Assembly (NCBI GenBank): GCA_951812735.1
Contig: OX638332.1
Coordinates: 1,469,928 to 1,533,927, forward strand
DNA: 64,000 bases
From: Candidatus Dadabacteria bacterium
GTDB lineage: Bacteria; Desulfobacterota_D; UBA1144; Nemesobacterales; Nemesobacteraceae
Direction of reading: 5' to 3'
This document shows, in pieces, positions 56,726-64,000 of this stretch. Under the pieces are notes generated by a model, which saw only the letters and a list, made by a program, of their open reading frames with translations, searched no databases and was not told where the DNA came from. Position numbers and translations under genes: made by a program. Numbering within the stretch: position 1 is the stretch's first letter; each line of letters opens with the position of its first letter.

Positions 56726-58119
56726 TGGAACAGAACACGATAAATTACGATTTTGACGAAGAAACCCTGGGTTTTGAGGAACCGGAGAAGGCCCCGGCCA
56801 AACCCCTTGGAACCGGAGAAAAGCTTTCTCTCGCCGTCTTGGGATTCGGGATACTGATGTTTGCGCTTCAGGCCATGGGCATGCCTCCGGGCGGCACCTG
56901 GGCCGGATTCCTTCTGGTATTACTTCCTGTCTTCTTCGGTACGGCGTCCTACTTCTACCTTGATTTCAAAGGCACGGTTCCGGGTATCAAGCACGATAAC
57001 ATCTACTTCAGGGGACTGACTTCCAGGGGGATTCTGGGCTGGCTTGTCGGCATCGTGTTTACCGGTTTCTACGTAGCTCTTTACTGGTTCCCCGAATATC
57101 TGGCGGGGGGAATAAAAATCGTAAACCCGCTTTCGATGGCCCTCTCAGGTTCTCCGGCCAACAACTGGTTTTTCTACGGCTTTCTTTACACCGTGGCTGT
57201 CTTCGTTTTCGGCGTGAGAATGTTCATGAAATACAGGAATAACCGCTACCAGAAGATAAGAACGGCTTCGGTTATGTTCTTCCAGCTCGGCTTTGCCTTT
57301 CTTATCCCCAACATACTTATGCTGTTTAACCAGCCCGAGTTTTATCTCAGCTACTTCTGGCCGCTTAAACCCGAATACCTGTTCCCGGGCACTTTAAGCT
57401 ATTTTGTGAATCATCCCGGCGGGCTGGGAATGTTCCTTGTTTTCTGGGGAGCCGTAATGACTTTTGTTGGCACTCCGCTTCTTACCTACTATTTTGGCAA
57501 GAGGTGGTACTGTTCCTGGGTGTGCGGCTGCGGAGGGCTTGCGGAAACCATGGGGGATCCGTTTAGACAGCTTTCTGACAAATCGAAAAAGGCGTGGCGC
57601 ATAGAACGCTGGCTCGTTCATTCCGTACTGGTGTTTATAGTCATTACAACAGTTCTTCTCTGGGTTAACTCCGCGACTTCGGGAGCGGTGTTCGGAGAAG
57701 CGTCGATGTCTCTTAAGAAGTGGTACGGGTTTTACATCGGCGCCATTTTCTCGGGGGTTATAGGCGTAGGGTTTTATCCCATAATGGGAAGCAGGGTGTG
57801 GTGTCGGTTCGGTTGTCCCATGGCGGCTGTTCTCGGGATTTTCCAGAGGTATCTTTCAAGATTCAGGATTACCACAAACGGCGACCAGTGCATGTCATGC
57901 GGAAACTGTTCCACGTACTGCGAGATGGGCATAGACGTCAGAGCTTACGCCCAGAAAGGCGAGAACATAGTGAGAGCGTCATGCGTCGGATGCGGTGTAT
58001 GCTCGGCTGTGTGTCCCAGGGGAGTGCTTAAGCTTGAAAACGGGGGAACTTTCAAGGACAGGTTCTCCGGGTCGGACAAGCCGCTTGGGGCGCTTGTTGA
58101 TTCGCTGAAACATGTCTAG
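56725..58119 (+). CDS. NapH/MauN-like membrane polyferredoxin (4Fe-4S) with C-terminal 2x[4Fe-4S] ferredoxin domain
   Basis: TM helices, then 'GKRWYCSWVCGCG' and 'RVWCRFGCPMAAVLG' NapH-type motifs, then 'CMSCGNCSTYCEMG' and 'CVGCGVCSAVCPRG'. The start overlaps the upstream stop (TGATG). Confidence 0.7.
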   Translation: MEQNTINYDFDEETLGFEEPEKAPAKPLGTGEKLSLAVLGFGILMFALQAMGMPPGGTWAGFLLVLLPVFFGTASYFYLDFKGTVPGIKHDNIYFRGLTSRGILGWLVGIVFTGFYVALYWFPEYLAGGIKIVNPLSMALSGSPANNWFFYGFLYTVAVFVFGVRMFMKYRNNRYQKIRTASVMFFQLGFAFLIPNILMLFNQPEFYLSYFWPLKPEYLFPGTLSYFVNHPGGLGMFLVFWGAVMTFVGTPLLTYYFGKRWYCSWVCGCGGLAETMGDPFRQLSDKSKKAWRIERWLVHSVLVFIVITTVLLWVNSATSGAVFGEASMSLKKWYGFYIGAIFSGVIGVGFYPIMGSRVWCRFGCPMAAVLGIFQRYLSRFRITTNGDQCMSCGNCSTYCEMGIDVRAYAQKGENIVRASCVGCGVCSAVCPRGVLKLENGGTFKDRFSGSDKPLGALVDSLKHV

Positions 58120-58211
58120 TTCCGGCGCATAGAATCCTTGGACTGCGGATTCTAGCGGCAATTCCGAGAGCAGTATAATTCCCCGGTCTTTACACTGACC
58201 GGGTGGAACAT

Positions 58212-58667
58212 TCAGATATTGAGGAATTCAACGGATTCCATGCTTTCCTTTTTTCCCCGGTCAAATCTTTCCACTACCTCGCCGCTTTTTATGTCAAAGA
58301 TGAAGCAGGATATCCCGGAAAGTATTTCCATATTGAACTCCAGGAAATTGTTTACGTAAATCTTGGAGTCTTCAATAGTTTCCTTGGGATCGGCTTTATC
58401 CGGTTTTCTTACGAGAATAAAATACGCGCACAGAAAGTCCGGGAGGTCGGCATTATGGGCGAATACTGCTTTTGAATCGTATTTGAGGATCACGTTATCG
58501 TTGAAATAGCGCTGATACCCGGCGATTAGTGGCTGGTTCAGATGAGACAGGGCGTAAACGATCGCGCAGGCGATTTTGTTCTGATTCTCAATCATGAAAT
58601 CAAGCGCTTCCTTGTTGAACTGCTCAAGTGTTTTTTCTGGTTTTTCCTTCTCTCGTGGTTCTCGCAT
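58212..58667 (-). CDS. hypothetical cytoplasmic protein encoded in a low-GC island downstream of rny
   Basis: Strong RBS 'aaaggagaaagaaATG'. The region is AT-rich compared with its neighbours. No recognisable domain. Confidence 0.45.
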   Translation of the reverse strand: MREPREKEKPEKTLEQFNKEALDFMIENQNKIACAIVYALSHLNQPLIAGYQRYFNDNVILKYDSKAVFAHNADLPDFLCAYFILVRKPDKADPKETIEDSKIYVNNFLEFNMEILSGISCFIFDIKSGEVVERFDRGKKESMESVEFLNI

Positions 58668-58755
58668 TTCTTTCTCCTTTAGCAGCTCCCGCTTCCCGGT
58701 CTGTTTTTAAGTTCCGGTGTAATATACCACAAAGATCCCGCGTTTGGCTTGTTTT

Positions 58756-60312
58756 CTATGAAGCGTATGCGGTAGCCCTGCTTTCCCTTATGACCATGAT
58801 TTTTATCTGTCCCGGATAAACGACCTCTTTTTCTATCTTCTTGGCTATTTCATGCGAGAGAATCGCTCCTTCCTCATCGCTTACCTGATCGCTTTCCACT
58901 ATTACCCTTACCTCTCTTCCGGCCTGGATAGCGTAGCATCTCTCAACGCCTGGAAAAGAACTCGCGACGCCTTCTATGCTCTCGATTCTTTTCACGTAGT
59001 TTTCATACGTTTCGCGCCTCGCGCCGGGGCGGGCAGCGGAAATGGCGTCAGCAGCCTGGACGAGAAGCGGCAGAACTCCCTGGGGCTGAGGATCATGAGT
59101 TTTTTCAAGCGCGTCGATTATCTCCGGGGGCTCACCGTATTTTTTGACGATATTCGTGCCTATGTCCACGTGGGAGCCTTCCATCTCGTGATCAACGGCT
59201 TTTCCTATGTCGTGGAGCAGGCCTGCTCTTTTCGCGAGTTTTTCGTTGTAGCCGATTTCAGAGGCAAGCATTCCGCAGATGAAGCCTACTTCAATCGAGT
59301 GATTGAGTATGTTCTGCGAATAGCTTGTTCTGTATTTAAGCATCCCGAGCTTGTTTATCAGATCCGGATGCATACCGCTTATTCCGAGATCAAAAAGCGC
59401 CTTCTCCCCTTCTTTCTGTATCTCTTTCTCTACTTCCTTTTCAACCTCGGTCACTACCTCCTCGATCCTTGCGGGGTGAATTCTCCCGTCAGCTATCAGT
59501 CGCTCAAGCGAAATTTTCGCCACTTCCCGCCTGATGGGATTAAAGCACGAAATCACTACCGTCTCGGGCGTGTCGTCGATAATGATGTCCACCCCCGTGC
59601 GAAGTTCTATGGAGCGTATATTCCGTCCTTCGCGCCCGATGATTCTCCCTTTCACATCGTCGCTTGGAAGATTCACTACCGACACCGTTTTCTCGCTCGT
59701 GTATCTGCCGGAATATCTCTGGATGGCGAGAGATATTATGTCCTTTGCCCTCCGCTCGGCAGAGGAGTTGCAATCTTCCTCTATTTGCTTGAGCCTTCTC
59801 GCCGCCTCGTGTCTCGCCTCGTTCTCTACTAGGCTTACGAGTTCCGCTCTTGCCGCTTCGCGGGTAAGGCCTGATATCTCCTCTATTTTCCCCTTTATCT
59901 CTTCGATATTCTCATCAAGAATCTTCTGCCTCTGTTCGGCAGCCAGGTTTTTACTCTCAAGTTCCGCATGGATCTTTTCAAGTTCCGACTCTTTTTCGTT
60001 GATTTGCTCGTATTTTTTGCTCAGTCCCTCTTCCTTTGCTTTTATCTTCTTTTCGGTGGCGGAAAATTCCTTGCGCTTTTCGCTCGACATCCTCTGCATT
60101 TGGGAGTTTTTGTCCTTGACCAGTTTTTTCGCCCTGTTCTCCGCCCTGTTTTTTATCTCTTCTGCCTGTTTTTCCGCCCTTTCAATCATAGCCCGGGCCT
60201 GCTGCCTGTTTTGGTTGATTTTGTTTTTCTCCATAATCATCCTGTAGATGAAATGGGCTGCGAATCCAAGCCCGAAGAGCAGCAAAAACAATAGTATTGA
60301 TTGTGCTTGCAT
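58756..60312 (-). CDS. rny: ribonuclease Y
   Basis: N-terminal TM 'ILLFLLLFGLGFAAHFIY', coiled coil, KH domain 'GRIIGREGRNIRSIE' and HD domain 'HSIEV...LLHDIGKA'. Start placed at Met11. Confidence 0.85.
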   Translation of the reverse strand: MQAQSILLFLLLFGLGFAAHFIYRMIMEKNKINQNRQQARAMIERAEKQAEEIKNRAENRAKKLVKDKNSQMQRMSSEKRKEFSATEKKIKAKEEGLSKKYEQINEKESELEKIHAELESKNLAAEQRQKILDENIEEIKGKIEEISGLTREAARAELVSLVENEARHEAARRLKQIEEDCNSSAERRAKDIISLAIQRYSGRYTSEKTVSVVNLPSDDVKGRIIGREGRNIRSIELRTGVDIIIDDTPETVVISCFNPIRREVAKISLERLIADGRIHPARIEEVVTEVEKEVEKEIQKEGEKALFDLGISGMHPDLINKLGMLKYRTSYSQNILNHSIEVGFICGMLASEIGYNEKLAKRAGLLHDIGKAVDHEMEGSHVDIGTNIVKKYGEPPEIIDALEKTHDPQPQGVLPLLVQAADAISAARPGARRETYENYVKRIESIEGVASSFPGVERCYAIQAGREVRVIVESDQVSDEEGAILSHEIAKKIEKEVVYPGQIKIMVIRESRATAYAS

Positions 60313-60313
60313 T

Positions 60314-60892
60314 TCAGTCTCCCTCTTCCCCCAGACAGTCAATGGCTCCGTCCTCCGTGATTATGCGACCCGTCTTCACGTCGGTTTCGTGTGAAGGGAC
60401 GTTTTCCAGTACCTGGAAACGGTAGGCCAGTCCGAAGCGGATATGTCTGGGTATATCTTTTAAAAATCTGTCGTAAAAACCTTTTCCGTACCCGATTCTG
60501 TTTCCGGATAAATCAAAGGCCACCCCAGGAACGAGCACCAGGTCAAGTTCATCGCTGCGGGCGCATTCGGCGTCCGCCGGGGGCTCGGGGATGAAGAAGG
60601 TTCCGGGGGTAAGCTCCTCTATGTTTCTTGCTCTTAGGAAAACAAGATCAGAACCTCGGGTTTTCGGAAAAAAAACTTTTTTTTCAAGTTCAACGCATTT
60701 TCTGAATATTTCGCGGGTGTCGACTTCGCCGTTTATGGGAAAGTAAAGAGCGACGCTCGATGCATTGGCAAAAGCCTCTTCTGAAAGAAGAATCTTGAGA
60801 ATCAAGTCGGATTTTTCCTGTTGGACGGGTTGCGGAAGAGTTCTTCTTTTCTCGAGAAGATCTCTTCTCAGCCTGGTTTTTTTCTCAAGGAT
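60314..60892 (-). CDS. ygfA: 5-formyltetrahydrofolate cyclo-ligase (YgfA/MTHFS); 5' end uncertain, no in-frame ATG/GTG/TTG after the zapA stop
   Basis: C-terminal hallmark 'LVLVPGVAFDLSGNRIGYGKGFYDRFL' and a family-like N-terminus 'KKTRLRRDLLEKRRTLPQ...VALYFP'. The ORF-track version overlaps zapA by 180 nt. Confidence 0.65.
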   Translation of the reverse strand: MLEKKTRLRRDLLEKRRTLPQPVQQEKSDLILKILLSEEAFANASSVALYFPINGEVDTREIFRKCVELEKKVFFPKTRGSDLVFLRARNIEELTPGTFFIPEPPADAECARSDELDLVLVPGVAFDLSGNRIGYGKGFYDRFLKDIPRHIRFGLAYRFQVLENVPSHETDVKTGRIITEDGAIDCLGEEGD

Positions 60893-60950
60893 GGAGTCCC
60901 GCGGGTTTGTTTCCCGGGAACCGTTTGCGGATGTGGAATCGGAACGGGTC

Positions 60951-61301
60951 TCAGAAGTTGTTTCCTCTTGATCTGAAAGGGTCTTTGGGGCTTTCTTCAA
61001 CAAGGAGGGGTTTTTCTTCTTGGATTCCGGGTGATTCGAGCAATCCGACCAGTTCTTCTGTTTTTCTTTCCGTGGTTCTCTTGAATTCATCAAATTCCCT
61101 CTGTAAGGCGAAGAAATCATCGACGATCTCAAGAGAAGCCAGAAAAACGGGAGGGGAGACTGTTATCACTGGGTCGTCTCCAGCTGCCTCGGTAATTTTT
61201 TGTTCAAGATAATTTACAATTTTCATGAGGTAATCTTTTTCGGCATCCGTAACGACGGAATACTCTCTCCCAAAAAAAACTACTTTTATCCTGTCTTTCA
61301 T
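60951..61301 (-). CDS. zapA: cell division protein ZapA
   Basis: 'IKVVFFGREYSVVTDAEKDYLMKIVNYLEQKI' is a ZapA N-terminus, in zapA-ygfA synteny. Confidence 0.8.
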   Translation of the reverse strand: MKDRIKVVFFGREYSVVTDAEKDYLMKIVNYLEQKITEAAGDDPVITVSPPVFLASLEIVDDFFALQREFDEFKRTTERKTEELVGLLESPGIQEEKPLLVEESPKDPFRSRGNNF

Positions 61302-61531
61302 ACCGACTCTTCGCCAAGATGCTGCTCGATTATCCGTATCATGTTGTCAACGCGTGTTCTGAGGCGCCCCTTTTCGGCTTCAAGCGAAGCCACGTTTTCT
61401 CTGAGCACCTTAATTTCTTCAAGCAATCCGTTGTGTTCTTCAGCCGCCTTGGCGTTTTTGTCTGCAAACTCTCTGATTTTTCTCTCAAGAATCTCCAATG
61501 ATTCCATAATAGACGTAAATTGTATCACCAT
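61298..61531 (-). CDS. zapB: ZapB-like coiled-coil cell division protein
   Basis: 77-aa all-helical protein 'LEILERKIREF...LLEEIKVLRENVASLEAEKGRL' directly upstream of zapA with a 4-nt overlap. Confidence 0.5.
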   Translation of the reverse strand: MVIQFTSIMESLEILERKIREFADKNAKAAEEHNGLLEEIKVLRENVASLEAEKGRLRTRVDNMIRIIEQHLGEESV

Positions 61532-61630
61532 GATAAAATTATTACAAGAATTACCCCTGAAACGTGCTTGCGCAGGGTTCCGAAGACGATTTCTTTACGT
61601 TTTGAAAACTTTTAGTCTATAATTCCTGCC

Positions 61631-62719
61631 ATGCAGGCAAGTCCCGTTGAAGACAAAAAGCTGTTTGAAAAACTTGAGGAGCTTGAGCGTAAGTTCTTTG
61701 AACTCGAGAGAGCGCTCGGCGACCCGGACATCTCCGCGCAGCAGAGAATCAGGTGCTCCAAGGAACGTGCGGAGCTTGAGGACGTGGTTTCCGTCTACGC
61801 GCAGCTAAAGGAGGTCGCCGCGGCGATTGGGGAAAACAGCAAACTGCTTGACGACAAGGAACTCGCGTCTCTTGCCCGCGAGGAGATCGATGAACTCTCC
61901 GAGGAGAAAAGTGAGCTTGAGGGAAGGCTCAGAAAGCTTCTTCTGCCCAAAGATCCGAATATTGGGAAAAACGTTTTCCTCGAGATAAGAGCCGGAGCTG
62001 GAGGAGATGAGGCGGCGCTTTTTGCGGCTGATCTCCTCAGGATGTACTCAAGGTACTGCGAGGACCGCCGCTGGAAGGTCGAAACCATAACCATGAACGA
62101 AACCGGGATCGGGGGAATAAAAGAGCTCGTGGTAAAAATTGAAGGACGGGATGTCTACGGCAAGCTGAGGTATGAAAGCGGGGTTCACAGGGTCCAGCGA
62201 ATACCTTCGACTGAGGCTGGCGGGAGAATACATACGTCCACGGCGACCGTCGCCGTGCTGCCGGAGGCTGATGAGGTTGATGTGGAAGTAGACGATAGGG
62301 AACTCAAGGTGGATACTTTCAGGTCTTCCGGCCCTGGGGGCCAGCACGTAAACAAGACGGATTCTGCTATAAGGATAACCCATCTTCCAACGGGAATCGT
62401 TGTACAGTGTCAAGATGACCGATCGCAGCAGAAAAACAGGGCCCACGCCATGAGCATGCTCCGCGCGAAACTCTATGAAATCGAGGAGAGCAAGCGCGCA
62501 AGCGAGATCTCGCGCACCAGAAAGACCCAGGTTGGAAGCGGGGATAGAAGCGAGAAGATAAGAACTTACAATTTCCCTCAGGGAAGAATAACCGACCACA
62601 GAATAGGCCTCACTGTTCACAAGATCGAGGCGGTGCTGGGAGGAGATCTCGAACCTCTGCTCGAACCGCTCGCGTCTCATTTTCAAGCGGAAAGTCTTAG
62701 GAATATTTCGGAGGGCTGA
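61631..62719 (+). CDS. prfA: peptide chain release factor 1
   Basis: 'GGQHVNKTDSAIRITHLPTG' GGQ loop and the RF1-type P-x-T tripeptide region 'RIPSTEAGGRIHTS'. Uninterrupted frame. Confidence 0.9.
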   Translation: MQASPVEDKKLFEKLEELERKFFELERALGDPDISAQQRIRCSKERAELEDVVSVYAQLKEVAAAIGENSKLLDDKELASLAREEIDELSEEKSELEGRLRKLLLPKDPNIGKNVFLEIRAGAGGDEAALFAADLLRMYSRYCEDRRWKVETITMNETGIGGIKELVVKIEGRDVYGKLRYESGVHRVQRIPSTEAGGRIHTSTATVAVLPEADEVDVEVDDRELKVDTFRSSGPGGQHVNKTDSAIRITHLPTGIVVQCQDDRSQQKNRAHAMSMLRAKLYEIEESKRASEISRTRKTQVGSGDRSEKIRTYNFPQGRITDHRIGLTVHKIEAVLGGDLEPLLEPLASHFQAESLRNISEG

Positions 62720-62770
62720 CGGCCTCTTCCGACTTGTATTTGCCGGCCTTCGCAATACAATATACCTTCA

Positions 62771-63574
62771 ATGAAGGTTATCTATCTCATTTCCGCCCTT
62801 TACCTGCTTTCATCCCTTATTTATGGAACGTACCTTTGGTCGCAGAGAAGAAAAATCTCTAGGGCGGGGGTTTATTTCGCCGTTGCCGGGGTGCTTGTTC
62901 ATACCGCGTTGCTTGTTGTTTTCCTCGTGCGCGGGGATATACTGGCCGGAAGCACGTCAAGGCCTCTTTTTATCTTCTCGTGGCTTATAGCGCTTGTCTT
63001 CTTAGTCTCGCAGTTAAGATTCAAGACCCCGGTGCTCGGCGCGTTTGTGCTCCCTGTGGCTTTTCTTGGGACCTTACCCTACGTGATCATTCCTGACGGG
63101 ATGATTACCCAGGACCCTACGCTTGGCAACCCATGGGTACTTGCACACATACTGTCCATTTTTCTTGGAGAGGCGTTTTTTGCGATATCTTTTCTCGCGG
63201 GTGTGCTCTACATATTTCAGGAAAACCAGCTCAAGTCTAAGAAAATTGGGAGTCACCTCAAAAAGCTTCCTTCCCTGATAACCCTCGACAGGATAAATCA
63301 CCTGAGCCTGCTGCTCGGGTTTCCCCTTCTGACTGTGAGCCTCATAATCGGTTTCATACTGGCAAGGGAGATATGGAGCGAGGGATGGATGTGGGGGGCC
63401 AAGGAGACGTGGTCTACGGTTACGTGGCTTCTCTACGCTTTTTTGATAAACGGACGTCTCTCACTTGGATGGAGGGGCAGAAGGGCGGCGCTTGGGGCGG
63501 TAGTCGGATTCTGCATCGTGGTGGTGACGTTCGTGGTTGGATATGTATTCCCGGGACAGCATAGGTTTGAGTGA
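62771..63574 (+). CDS. cytochrome c assembly family membrane protein (CcsA/YpjD-like)
   Basis: Multi-TM protein with the Trp-rich segment 'WMWGAKETWSTVTWLLYAFL'. Confidence 0.65.
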   Translation: MKVIYLISALYLLSSLIYGTYLWSQRRKISRAGVYFAVAGVLVHTALLVVFLVRGDILAGSTSRPLFIFSWLIALVFLVSQLRFKTPVLGAFVLPVAFLGTLPYVIIPDGMITQDPTLGNPWVLAHILSIFLGEAFFAISFLAGVLYIFQENQLKSKKIGSHLKKLPSLITLDRINHLSLLLGFPLLTVSLIIGFILAREIWSEGWMWGAKETWSTVTWLLYAFLINGRLSLGWRGRRAALGAVVGFCIVVVTFVVGYVFPGQHRFE

Positions 63575-63677
63575 TGCTACCTGGGGCTTTCCGAGGCGCC
63601 GGTTTACAAAAATTCGGAAATATGCGTTATAATTATGCTCTGAATTACGCTAAAAAACTGTTATAAGGAGGATTGCG

Positions 63678-63881
63678 ATGGCTGTAGCTAGAGTGACAGA
63701 AGTGATAGGATCATCCGATAAGTCATGGGATGACGCTGTGCAGGAGGCTCTTGACAGAGCGAACAAGACGATAAGGGGACTTACCGGAATCGAGATAACT
63801 AAGATGAACGCCCACATAGAGGATGGGAAGATTACCGAGTACCGCTCCCACGTCAGAATCACCTTCATTCTGGAGGATTAG
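63678..63881 (+). CDS. dodecin family flavin-binding protein
   Basis: 67 aa. 'RVTEVIGSSDKSWDDAVQEALDRANKTIRGLTGIEI...HVRITFILED' matches the dodecin fold signature. 'aaggagg' RBS. Confidence 0.75.
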   Translation: MAVARVTEVIGSSDKSWDDAVQEALDRANKTIRGLTGIEITKMNAHIEDGKITEYRSHVRITFILED

Positions 63882-63923
63882 TATCTTCTTCCGGAATGTT
63901 TTCCCAAAGCTGAAGACAACGTG

Positions 63924-64000
63924 ATGAATTGCTTTGTAAAATCACATGGGTTGGGAAATGATTATATTGTCTTAGACAGCGCTGAGATAGATTTTGAACT
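63924..64000 (+). CDS. dapF: diaminopimelate epimerase, N-terminal fragment (continues past window)
   Basis: 'MNCFVKSHGLGNDYIVLDSAEIDFE' matches the DapF N-terminus 'FxKMHGLGNDF'. Confidence 0.6.
   Translation, partial: MNCFVKSHGLGNDYIVLDSAEIDFE

Noticed and set aside
58852-60247. 326-aa and 237-aa plus-strand ORFs
   Set aside because: Antisense to rny. Their low-complexity S/L/F-rich translations mirror the Lys/Glu-rich coiled coil of RNase Y.
60893-60950. 6S RNA (ssrS) between zapA and ygfA
   Set aside because: The available spacer is about 60 nt whereas 6S RNA is about 180 nt. Cannot be accommodated unless it overlaps coding sequence.

Overview
Bacterial chromosomal segment, roughly mid-50s % GC, densely coding on both strands with no rRNA, tRNA or CRISPR detected. 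Most of it is housekeeping: HtrA protease, RidA, Thi4 thiazole synthase, an rpsF-rpsR-rplI cluster, prs-rplY-pth followed by a K+-type H+-pyrophosphatase, bioB-bioA-bioF, coaBC, ilvD, an Aap-type general amino-acid ABC transporter, metG, holB, F420 FO-synthase cofH/cofG, acs, tmk, a rhodanese-SufE-SufU trio, rny, zapB-zapA-ygfA, prfA and dodecin. Several stretches look accessory. The most striking is a family of four paralogous secreted proteins built from tandem Cache-like (sCache_2-type) ligand-binding modules. All four end in a conserved 'G-D-G-x-C-[AT]-[IV]-x-G' motif followed by a TM helix and an RRR tail, which looks like an undescribed C-terminal sorting/anchoring signal. One paralog is fused to a Spondin_N domain and one carries an acidic DDM tandem repeat. 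Two of the paralogs sit in a tandem duplication that also carries decayed nucleoside 2-deoxyribosyltransferase-like genes. Other notable items are: a translationally coupled trio of SagB-like nitroreductase, FAD oxidoreductase and NapH-like polyferredoxin next to the sulfur-relay genes; a duplicated, mosaic substrate-binding-protein gene bracketing the Aap transporter; an orphan VapB/VagC antitoxin; a large HExxH lipoprotein; a low-GC orphan gene after rny; and three separate single-base indels in A/T homopolymers that disrupt otherwise intact genes and may be sequencing artefacts.
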